A program made the position numbers and the translations under genes. A stretch of DNA of 64,000 nucleotides from Gammaproteobacteria bacterium (GTDB lineage: Bacteria > Pseudomonadota > Gammaproteobacteria > UBA4575). Numbering within the stretch: position 1 is the first letter of the stretch; each line of letters opens with the position of its first letter. The stretch is taken from the NCBI GenBank assembly GCA_033344735.1, contig JAWPMW010000001.1, positions 1,182,171-1,246,170 on the forward strand, in the 5' to 3' direction. Below the pieces are notes generated by a model that was not told the DNA's origin, did no database searches, and saw nothing but the letters and a program-made list of their open reading frames with translations. This document shows positions 54,058 to 62,602 of this stretch, piece by piece.

Positions 54058-55289
54058 TTAAAAAAACATTAGAACATCATTCTCCTCTAAACTTCTACAC
54101 TGTAGAAGATCATTGCTTAGTGATAGGAAATCAGAAATTCACTAATATATTGTCACAACATAAAGATGTCCCTGCTTACATCTATGACAGTTCAGTAATC
54201 AAACAGAAAATAGACTCCCTTCGAAAAGTTCTACCTGAATCCATGCATATTCATTATGCAATCAAAGCTAATCCAATGCCTGATGTTGTTAACTATGTAC
54301 AAGGTTTGGTAGAAGGATTGGATGTTGCCTCCGGCTTAGAATTAAAAGTCGCATTAGCTAGCGGCATGGACCCTAAAGAAATTAGCTTTGCCGGCCCCGG
54401 TAAAAGCATTGAAGAATTAACGCTCGCAATTAATAGCGGCATTACAATCAATTTAGAATCAGAAACCGAACTAGATCGCGCTACCATAATTGGCGAGCAA
54501 TTAGGCATAACACCACGCGTTGCTCTTCGCATTAATCCTGATTTTGAACTAAAAACATCAGGCATGAAAATGTCTGGAGGGCCTAAGCAGTTTGGTGTCG
54601 ACGCTGAAATCGCCACGGATATTATTAAAAAAATTCTCGACTATAAATTAGAATTCATAGGGCTTCATATCTTCAGCGGTTCACAAAATTTAAAATATGA
54701 AGCATTAATTGAAGCACAGACAAAGACATTTGCATTAGCCTCAAATCTAGCAGAACAGTCTGGCACAGAATTTTCCAAACTAAACATTGGTGGAGGTTTT
54801 GGTATTCCATATTTCCCAGGTGAAAAGCCACTACCTTTAGAACCAATTGGTGAGAACCTGCATTCTTTACTCGAACAATACGCAAGCCAATTTGGTAACA
54901 CATCAATAATCACAGAGCTGGGACGTTTTATAGTAGGAGAATCAGGCGTATACATATCCAAAGTTATAGATAAGAAAGTTTCACGTGGAAGTACTTTCTT
55001 AATTATCAATGGTGGCTTACATCACCATTTAGCAGCCAGTGGTAATTTTGGGCAAGTTATCCGCAAAAATTATCCTGTGACTGTTGCAAATAAAATTGGC
55101 TTAGAGACAGAAAAGGCTAGCGCTGTTGGCCCACTATGCACACCACTCGATGTCCTAGCACAGGATATGGAATTACCCAAAGCTGAAATAGGTGATTATG
55201 TGGCAGTATTTATCTCAGGCGCATACGGATATACATCCAGCCCGTTAAATTTCTTAAGTCATCCTCATCCGATTGAGATTTTTATTTAG
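54054..55289 (+). CDS. PLP-dependent decarboxylase, Orn/DAP/Arg decarboxylase (fold III) family
   Basis: 411 aa with HYAIKANP (PLP lysine), NIGGGFGIPY, ELGRFIVGESG and GPLCTPLD motifs. Its start overlaps the ligase stop (ATGA). Confidence 0.8.
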   Translation: MIKKTLEHHSPLNFYTVEDHCLVIGNQKFTNILSQHKDVPAYIYDSSVIKQKIDSLRKVLPESMHIHYAIKANPMPDVVNYVQGLVEGLDVASGLELKVALASGMDPKEISFAGPGKSIEELTLAINSGITINLESETELDRATIIGEQLGITPRVALRINPDFELKTSGMKMSGGPKQFGVDAEIATDIIKKILDYKLEFIGLHIFSGSQNLKYEALIEAQTKTFALASNLAEQSGTEFSKLNIGGGFGIPYFPGEKPLPLEPIGENLHSLLEQYASQFGNTSIITELGRFIVGESGVYISKVIDKKVSRGSTFLIINGGLHHHLAASGNFGQVIRKNYPVTVANKIGLETEKASAVGPLCTPLDVLAQDMELPKAEIGDYVAVFISGAYGYTSSPLNFLSHPHPIEIFI

Positions 55290-56164
55290 GAATTTACGAA
55301 ATTTAAAGTAATCTGCTCAACTTCAGATCTTAATTTCCGAGAAGAAAATGTGTGGTCTGCCTCATCTATATAGTGGATAACTGTTTTTGATCTATTAAAT
55401 TCATCAAGCAGCCAATCATTTTCATCTAGCATTTGCTTAAATTCATCAGCAACTAAATCTTTACCACTAAGAATCAAGCAAATAGACCCATTAAAATTTG
55501 ACATTCCTCTAAACACTGCTTCTGCAATATTTTCTTCTCTATCGGCAATAGGTATTACCTGATGCGCATCAAATTTTGATTTGTTGGACCTGCTACTTAA
55601 GATCTTAAAAACTATATTACCCAAAGAAAATATCGCTTTTGATATCTTACTTGGCGACAATAATAATTGCTTCCATACTTCGATGCTAAACAAGCGCTCG
55701 CGATAGTAACTATGCAGAATGGCTTTAGAGTGACTCGTCTCACTCCTAACCCATGGATTCAATAATACAACACCTTTAATGCGATCATCAGTGTAGGCAG
55801 TAAATGAAATTGCAGCGGCGGCATCACACAACCCCCATAGATAAACTTCATCTAAATTACACTCATGATTAAAAACAAAATCTATTGCCACTTTGACATC
55901 ATCATCAATTTCATAGAACTGTTTAGAGATTCCCTGACTATAGCCCATGCCAGTATAATCAAACCTGAGCGCTAAAATTCCTTGTGCAGCTAAGCATCTT
56001 GCCAAAAGTGCAAATTGTCGATGACTGCCAACTCTATACTGAGGACCACCCACAACAATAATAACTGCAGCCTTTGCTTCTACTTCAGGAACCGATAAGA
56101 TGCCATATAGATCGCGCCCATTCATCGAAAAGCTTACTGGTTTTTCGAAATAACTCTGACTCAT
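55286..56164 (-). CDS. Alpha/beta-hydrolase-fold protein 1 (dienelactone-hydrolase-like)
   Basis: 292 aa with an IIVVGGPQY...FDYTGMGYSQG region and the candidate nucleophile elbow LWGLCDAAA. Its stop overlaps the decarboxylase stop convergently by 3 nt. Confidence 0.65.
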   Translation of the reverse strand: MSQSYFEKPVSFSMNGRDLYGILSVPEVEAKAAVIIVVGGPQYRVGSHRQFALLARCLAAQGILALRFDYTGMGYSQGISKQFYEIDDDVKVAIDFVFNHECNLDEVYLWGLCDAAAAISFTAYTDDRIKGVVLLNPWVRSETSHSKAILHSYYRERLFSIEVWKQLLLSPSKISKAIFSLGNIVFKILSSRSNKSKFDAHQVIPIADREENIAEAVFRGMSNFNGSICLILSGKDLVADEFKQMLDENDWLLDEFNRSKTVIHYIDEADHTFSSRKLRSEVEQITLNFVNS

Positions 56165-57003
56165 TACGCAAACACCCGCTTAGTTTCGCGCAACAATATC
56201 GGCGATATCGTGACTTCTTGTTGCATCCAAAATTTAACATCATTTACTGCATGCAAAGACAATTTTGCTAATAAATGCTCGTCGAGTTTAGACTTTGACA
56301 AACATATTGGTAACTGTGTTTTAGTGCCGTTTATAGATTTGCCAGTCGTCATCCAGTGCAGATCAGTTAAGGAAAGCACAGCTTGTATATAATCGTTAAT
56401 GTTTTTTGATTTGATTGTATTGAGCAACTCCGATGAAATATGATAACCACCTACCTCTAAAAAGCCAGATCCCTCTATTTCTTCCAAGACCTCTTTAGTA
56501 GTAATTTTTTTCAAATCTCCGGCCATTGCGGCTGCAATTTTCATGCGAATTAATTGTCGAACTAATGCTTCCCCGTTATCAACGGGATCCCACAAAACAC
56601 ATTTATTGATTTGAATATCTGATTGCTCAATCAAATTAAGAGAAATTAACGCACTATCACGCAAGCACACTAAGCTAATTTTTGAAGCAAATTTTTCAGA
56701 TAATTTATAAATATCAAGTAGATTATTTTTCCAAGCATCATAATTAAACTCCCCCCATTCTCCTGAACTGTCGCCAGTGCCTGCAAAATCAAAGCATATT
56801 GAATGGATGCCTGCATCTGCTAATAAACGCGCGCATAGTACATACATTCTTTTTGAACGATTCATTTCCTCGGCAAAGGGAGGCACAAATATGACAACCT
56901 GGGCGTCCCGCACAGCTGCACTTTGCTCGAATGGAGCATAGTGCGCTAAGAATATTTGGGAATTTTGACTTGAAGGAAGGAATTGGAAATCAGTTGTGTG
57001 CAA
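56164..57003 (-). CDS. Alpha/beta-hydrolase-fold protein 2
   Basis: 279 aa paralogous in architecture to the upstream gene (VIFVPPF...FDFAGTGDSSG...LVCLRDSAL). It shares 1 nt with the start/stop of the adjacent gene. Confidence 0.6.
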   Translation of the reverse strand: MHTTDFQFLPSSQNSQIFLAHYAPFEQSAAVRDAQVVIFVPPFAEEMNRSKRMYVLCARLLADAGIHSICFDFAGTGDSSGEWGEFNYDAWKNNLLDIYKLSEKFASKISLVCLRDSALISLNLIEQSDIQINKCVLWDPVDNGEALVRQLIRMKIAAAMAGDLKKITTKEVLEEIEGSGFLEVGGYHISSELLNTIKSKNINDYIQAVLSLTDLHWMTTGKSINGTKTQLPICLSKSKLDEHLLAKLSLHAVNDVKFWMQQEVTISPILLRETKRVFA

Positions 57004-57005
57004 CC

Positions 57006-57257
57006 TTAGTTTTCCATTTTTGCGACTATTTGATTTCGCAGTGTTCCTACTGTTTCGAACACTTCAGCATCTAATTCATCATCATCAAAGACAATGCCGA
57101 AGCGATCTTCTATTGAGGTAATAATGCCAACTATTGCCATGGAATCTAACTCAGGAATGGCTCCAAGTAATGGCGCCTCTTCACTCATTTGATGTATCTG
57201 AGCGGCACCATCTAGCGATTCTGCCAACACATCTAGCACTTGTTCTAGTTCAACCAT
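57006..57257 (-). CDS. Acyl carrier protein
   Basis: 83 aa acidic four-helix protein with a phosphopantetheine-attachment motif (LGAIPELDSMAIVGI). It lies 2 nt upstream of hydrolase 2. Confidence 0.7.
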   Translation of the reverse strand: MVELEQVLDVLAESLDGAAQIHQMSEEAPLLGAIPELDSMAIVGIITSIEDRFGIVFDDDELDAEVFETVGTLRNQIVAKMEN

Positions 57258-57282
57258 ATTTAAATCTAACCAAATTACAGAA

Positions 57283-57969
57283 TTAATTTGCTATGTTTTG
57301 AGAAACAGTCTTATCCCAAACACCTTTTCTAATCAATTTATTTTTCAATCCAGGCAAAGGATACCCTAGCTCATAAGCTCTATGCCCATGCTTAACCGCC
57401 ATACTTAAATGATTAGTATCCACATAATATAATCCAAAATTATAATGAGCCTCAGCTGAATCTGGATTTATCTCGAGCGCCTTTTGGTATTGCATTTTCG
57501 CCTTACCAAGACTTCCCTTACGATGAAGATAAGTTGCGTATATTAAACGCACAATACCATCATTTGGTTTGAAAACTATAGCACGATTAAAGAAACATTC
57601 TACAGAAATTGAATCACCCATTTTTTCAATTGCATTTTCAACCTGAAACTCATACTTAGATATTGAAGTTAACGCTCTATGATGATTTGGGAACACTCTT
57701 AACACATACTCCAAGTCACCATAAACACTACTAGTCTTACCTTTAACCAAAGACTCAACATCAGTATCAAAGTGGTGATACTCAACTAAATAGCCATGTT
57801 CCTTATAAACATTATAGTCAGTATAATCAAATGGCCCATGGTGGTTATCTAGACTTCCACATGCTCCTCCACCCAAACCTTGCTCCTCATTTGCAACCGC
57901 AGATTGCAAATAAAATAGTGCAACCAATAACACTAAGATAGTAGAAGTGTACTTATATTTCATTGCCAA
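57283..57969 (-). CDS. Secreted His-rich protein with C-terminal TPR repeats
   Basis: 228 aa with a signal peptide (…LQSAVA|NEE). Histidine-rich middle region (HHGPFDY, EYHHFD, FPNHHRA). TPR-like helices at AKMQYQKALEINPDSAEAHYNFGLYY. No family recognised. Confidence 0.5.
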   Translation of the reverse strand: MAMKYKYTSTILVLLVALFYLQSAVANEEQGLGGGACGSLDNHHGPFDYTDYNVYKEHGYLVEYHHFDTDVESLVKGKTSSVYGDLEYVLRVFPNHHRALTSISKYEFQVENAIEKMGDSISVECFFNRAIVFKPNDGIVRLIYATYLHRKGSLGKAKMQYQKALEINPDSAEAHYNFGLYYVDTNHLSMAVKHGHRAYELGYPLPGLKNKLIRKGVWDKTVSQNIAN

Positions 57970-58303
57970 GCCTCTTTTAAACTGTTGTTTCGCAATTATA
58001 AAGCTTTAAGCCACTCCGTTCATCGACCTAGGCCCTAGCTTAAGCATTTATAGCGTGAATTCCATCAAATTATCAGCAAAAATGACGCTATTACACAGCC
58101 AATCAATTCACTGATTATTTATATTTAATATTCACTGGCAATCTAACAAACATGGCCCCATACAATCTAATAATGTGTCACACTTCAGACAAATTCCACT
58201 AACAGAACTCAAGCTTTCAGGGACCGCCTCTTTCTCTCTAATCATCATATATTAGAATAGACTCAGCAATTTATCGTTCAACTTAATCGCATAAAATTAC
58301 TAG

Positions 58304-60136
58304 ATGAAACAATTTATCTTTACTGGATGGACTGTCAACAATGCTGATCAGGACTCTAAATTATTAGGCCATCTTGACAATTCTGAAAACAAAATTTCTC
58401 AGTCAAAAATAGATCAGTGGAATCACTCAGCTGCCTGGACATCCCCTAGCGAGCTAGTAATCCACCACAAATTTGATGACATTACCCTCAGCTTATGTGG
58501 CAGACCTACGATTAGCATTAACGATGATGGATCATTTCAAACCATAAAAACTGAACATCAACTAAATGGGCTGGTACAAGAATACAAGAAACATGGATAT
58601 CATTTTCTCAGAAAACTAAATGGTAGTTTCTCATTAATTTTATTCGATGCACGCAAACATATAACTATATTAGCTGTCGATCGCATGGGCATAGAGCAAA
58701 TGCATTATGCGACTATTTCTGGTGGTTTATTTTTTAGTAGCTCTCTAAAATCTTTAAGCAATTTACCAAGCATTCCTAAAAATATTTTTCCGCAATCTGT
58801 TTACAATTATTTTTACTTTCACTGTATTCCAAGTCCCAATACTATTTTCCAGGATTTATACAAGTTAAAGCCTGCCGAGGTATTGATCTTTAAAAATGGA
58901 TCAAGCTCTAAAGATACATACTGGACACCGGAATTTAATGAAAAACTCTCAACATCTGTAGACACTCTCCAATCTGATGTAAGAGAATCATTAGACTCAA
59001 CAATGCGAGAATTATCTGCAGATCCTAAGACAGGAGCATTCTTAAGCGGTGGTACAGATAGTTCTACACTCTCTGGGTTATTAAAAAAACATCACCCTAC
59101 AGACGCACCTGCTTTCTCTATTGGCTTTGAAGAACAAGGTTATGACGAAATGGGATTCGCTGATATAGCGGTCAATAAATTTCAAAACAAGCATTATAAG
59201 TATTATGTCAATTTTGACGATGTCCTAAAGCTATTCAACGAAATACCTAAAATATACGAAGAGCCTTTTGGAAACTCATCAGTCGTTCCAACATTTGCTG
59301 CTGCACAATTAGCAAAGAAAAATGGTGTTGACCATATGATTGGTGGCGATGGTGGTGATGAAATTTTTGGCGGTAACGATCGCTATGCCACACAAAAATT
59401 ATTTAACATTTATAGCTCTGTACCAAAATGGGTGCGCGAAATCATTCTTGAACCAAGCTTTTGCAATTCAGTCGCAGGCTCATTACCCATCGCTAAGAAA
59501 GCAAAGAGCTATATTGAACAAGCAAAAATTTCTATGCCTAAACGTATGCAAACATACAATATATTGCATATGCAGCAACCCAGTTCGATATTCGACAGCC
59601 ATTATCTTGGAGAAATTAATAGCAATTACCCCATAGATTTATTAAGTGAAACTTACAACGAAATACAGGATGCTTCACTATTAAATAAAATGTTGTACTT
59701 AGACTGGAAATTTACCCTGGCTGATAATGACTTGCGTAAAGTAAATACCATGTGTCGTGCAGCTGGCGTCGAAGTTTCATATCCGTTTTTAGATAATCGA
59801 GTTGTGGAAAGCTCGACAAAAGTGCCTTCCAAACTTAAGATCAAAGGAATGAGATTACGCGCATTCTACAAAGACACTTACAGTTCCTTACTACCTCCAG
59901 AAATAATCACTAAATCCAAGCACGGGTTTGGCTTGCCATTTGGAGTATGGCTGAAGAAAGATAGCCGCTTACAAAATGAAGTCTATGGCGCACTAACAAA
60001 TCTAAAAACAAGATCTATGTTTCAAGATAAATTCATTGATGATTTAATTGAAAAGCACCGCTCTGAACACGCGGCTTATTATGGAACATTTGTCTGGGTC
60101 TTAGCAGTGCTAGAGCGCTGGTTAGACGCTCAATAA
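58304..60136 (+). CDS. Asparagine synthetase-family amide synthetase lacking the N-terminal catalytic Cys
   Basis: 610 aa with the PP-loop SGGTDSS and an AsnB synthetase domain. A degenerate glutaminase-like N-domain is present, but the protein starts MKQF (no Cys2), and an in-frame TAG lies immediately 5' of the ATG. Confidence 0.8.
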   Translation: MKQFIFTGWTVNNADQDSKLLGHLDNSENKISQSKIDQWNHSAAWTSPSELVIHHKFDDITLSLCGRPTISINDDGSFQTIKTEHQLNGLVQEYKKHGYHFLRKLNGSFSLILFDARKHITILAVDRMGIEQMHYATISGGLFFSSSLKSLSNLPSIPKNIFPQSVYNYFYFHCIPSPNTIFQDLYKLKPAEVLIFKNGSSSKDTYWTPEFNEKLSTSVDTLQSDVRESLDSTMRELSADPKTGAFLSGGTDSSTLSGLLKKHHPTDAPAFSIGFEEQGYDEMGFADIAVNKFQNKHYKYYVNFDDVLKLFNEIPKIYEEPFGNSSVVPTFAAAQLAKKNGVDHMIGGDGGDEIFGGNDRYATQKLFNIYSSVPKWVREIILEPSFCNSVAGSLPIAKKAKSYIEQAKISMPKRMQTYNILHMQQPSSIFDSHYLGEINSNYPIDLLSETYNEIQDASLLNKMLYLDWKFTLADNDLRKVNTMCRAAGVEVSYPFLDNRVVESSTKVPSKLKIKGMRLRAFYKDTYSSLLPPEIITKSKHGFGLPFGVWLKKDSRLQNEVYGALTNLKTRSMFQDKFIDDLIEKHRSEHAAYYGTFVWVLAVLERWLDAQ

Positions 60137-60217
60137 TTCTTACACTCTTCTATTTTAAACGCCATAATTAGCTTTAAGTAAACTTTAGCTACAATGGCAA
60201 TACTCGAATTAAAGCAA

Positions 60218-61528
60218 CTATTTAGTTATCGCCATATTCATAGCAGGCAACATTTTACCGCCTGAATTTACAGGCAACTCAGTTTCTTGCATTCGCCGCT
60301 TGTGGAGCAACGTCGACATGGCTATACCGATACCTATCAGTGCGTACAGCAAATCAAACTTTGCCATCTCCAAGAACAACCCGGCAACCATATAACCAAC
60401 GATACTTACTTGAATCATCGCGGCCAAATCTCGCATCCAAATCATATCCTCATATTTAGGCGCAGTTTTTATGATATATCCCATAGTGCGATATAAAACT
60501 ATCAGTAACATTGTGAAGATAATAAGCCCCACCCATCCATGCTCACCCAATGACTCAAAATAAATACTATGCGGGCCAGCCCATTGCACTTCAGGTCTCT
60601 CAGAGTACTTATTAAATAACTCCTCTGTAAAAGTACTATAGCCACCGCCAAATATAGGATAATCATTAGCAAGATTGATTGAAAACTCCCAAGCATTAAT
60701 TCTCATCATTGCTGATTCATCTTCTTGATAGTTTTTAATCGTATCCATTCGATCATGCCAACTCTGTGGCATAAATACAAAGAGCAATGGTGCAAGAATA
60801 ATAACAACTGCTGCCACTTTAAACTTTGCTTTGCTTTTCATAACTAAGAAACCAGTCATTGCTATCAATGCTAGGAACCCACCTCTTGATTGGGTACCCA
60901 AAATCGCAAACGCAGTCAATATCATCAGCATCAGCGACGAATGCCTAAATAGTTTCTTTTCTGCCTGCGTATGTAGATACCACATCAATGGAAGCACCAT
61001 TACTAGTGCAAGACTAAGTGCATTGTTATCAGCGATAAAAGATTCTGAAGGACCCCAAACACGGAAAGCCCCAGCATTCACAAGGGTGAATATACCTCCC
61101 TTGAGACCAAAATAACCTAAAGAAAGTGCAATTGTTGCAACCAAGGCATTAACTTTATTTTTATCACTTACCATAAATATCATTAACGCAACCATAGTAA
61201 TAATCTTTAAAAAGTTAACCCATTGCGCCATAGCCTCTTCTGGATAAATTGCCATGCTTGTAGTAATGGAAACCCATCCGGCATATAAAATCAGCATCCA
61301 CAGTAGCCCGGAACCTTTAGGCATGATTTTATCTTTATAATATAGAAAGGCAATTATCGTAATTAGGCCAATCATTTTTGAAAATGGGAAATCATACGCA
61401 AACCCAAAACAAAGTCTGTGAGGATTCATAAAACCCAACCAACTCCATACTAAAATGCCCACATAAGGTCTGAACAAAATGAATGGAATGAAACCAAAAA
61501 CGATTAAAGTTAGCAGTATATCTCGCAT
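60218..61528 (-). CDS. Wzy/O-antigen-ligase-like polytopic membrane protein
   Basis: 436 aa with ~10-12 hydrophobic helices and a larger periplasmic loop, the architecture of the O-antigen ligase/polymerase (Wzy_C) family. Confidence 0.6.
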   Translation of the reverse strand: MRDILLTLIVFGFIPFILFRPYVGILVWSWLGFMNPHRLCFGFAYDFPFSKMIGLITIIAFLYYKDKIMPKGSGLLWMLILYAGWVSITTSMAIYPEEAMAQWVNFLKIITMVALMIFMVSDKNKVNALVATIALSLGYFGLKGGIFTLVNAGAFRVWGPSESFIADNNALSLALVMVLPLMWYLHTQAEKKLFRHSSLMLMILTAFAILGTQSRGGFLALIAMTGFLVMKSKAKFKVAAVVIILAPLLFVFMPQSWHDRMDTIKNYQEDESAMMRINAWEFSINLANDYPIFGGGYSTFTEELFNKYSERPEVQWAGPHSIYFESLGEHGWVGLIIFTMLLIVLYRTMGYIIKTAPKYEDMIWMRDLAAMIQVSIVGYMVAGLFLEMAKFDLLYALIGIGIAMSTLLHKRRMQETELPVNSGGKMLPAMNMAITK

Positions 61529-61553
61529 TGTATTCTCAACTTTTCATACTTAA

Positions 61554-62522
61554 TTAATTAGCGTACTGCACATAGCCGCGCGCCAAAGAAACACCAAATT
61601 TAAATTTGCTCGTATGGTCAATGCTAATTCTAGGTAGATCAAACATACCCATACTCTTATCTATAACACCATTATTTGTCGTTAATGCCGCATTAAAACC
61701 GGCCTCCTCAACAAACTGCATGTGTCGTTCATCATAATCCTTATCGGCTTGCCCATTAGGGTAAGCAAAAAACTTTAACTTCTTATTTAATATATTTTCT
61801 AAGTACAACTTACCTTCAACAATTTCCTGTCGCACTTCATCTTCGTCCGCACAAGTCATAATAGGATGATTAACAGTATGTCCACCAATCTCCATGCCGG
61901 CATTTGATAGTGCTTTTACTTCATCTTCTGTCATCATTAAACGCTCAGATAATTCAACTTCAGCAAGCTGCCTTAATCGATCAACTAATTCTATGCGTCG
62001 ACTAACACTGTTATATTTAATATAACCAAGCAATTTTTCTATTAGCTGTAATTTCTTCAATTCAGTATTTATTGAAACCTTACCCAAGGAAAACTCATGC
62101 AAATCCAGCTCTCTAAATGAGGTATATTTAATTGTCTGTCTAACAACATCATTCCACATCACACCATCACCCAAGTATCCAGTAGCAATAAAAAACGTAG
62201 CGTGTAAATTTAATGCTGACAAAATTGGTAAGGCAACATCATAATTATCACGATAACCATCATCAAATGTCACGCATACAGAGCCAGCTGGTAATGTTCC
62301 TTGTCGCATTTGTTCCAAACCAGACTCTAAACTGACAACATTAAAGTACTCCGCCAAAGTTTCCATTTGCCGAGTAAACTGAACTGAATCAACCTCATCT
62401 ATTACAGGATCATAGTCTGCAAGCACACGGTGATAGGTAAGCACCAGCAATTTATTATTTGCTCGATGACCTGATAATGCTCCCACTGTCTGCTGGAAAA
62501 TTGGCCTTAATACTCTGTTCAC
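61554..62522 (-). CDS. NodB-type polysaccharide deacetylase
   Basis: 322 aa with NodB motif 1 TFDDGYRDNYD and a His motif GGHTVNHP. Confidence 0.8.
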   Translation of the reverse strand: MNRVLRPIFQQTVGALSGHRANNKLLVLTYHRVLADYDPVIDEVDSVQFTRQMETLAEYFNVVSLESGLEQMRQGTLPAGSVCVTFDDGYRDNYDVALPILSALNLHATFFIATGYLGDGVMWNDVVRQTIKYTSFRELDLHEFSLGKVSINTELKKLQLIEKLLGYIKYNSVSRRIELVDRLRQLAEVELSERLMMTEDEVKALSNAGMEIGGHTVNHPIMTCADEDEVRQEIVEGKLYLENILNKKLKFFAYPNGQADKDYDERHMQFVEEAGFNAALTTNNGVIDKSMGMFDLPRISIDHTSKFKFGVSLARGYVQYAN

Positions 62523-62602
62523 TGCTTAACTTTACCTCAATCTAAACTGAGCAATTACCAAACTCGTCTCAGATTTGCTATCTCAAAAATTAGTGGACGA
62601 GT

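Noticed and set aside
56074-56392. Small plus-strand ORFs (65 and 60 aa) at the junction of the two hydrolase genes
   Set aside because: They are antisense to the hydrolase coding sequences with no independent start signals, so are considered artefacts.
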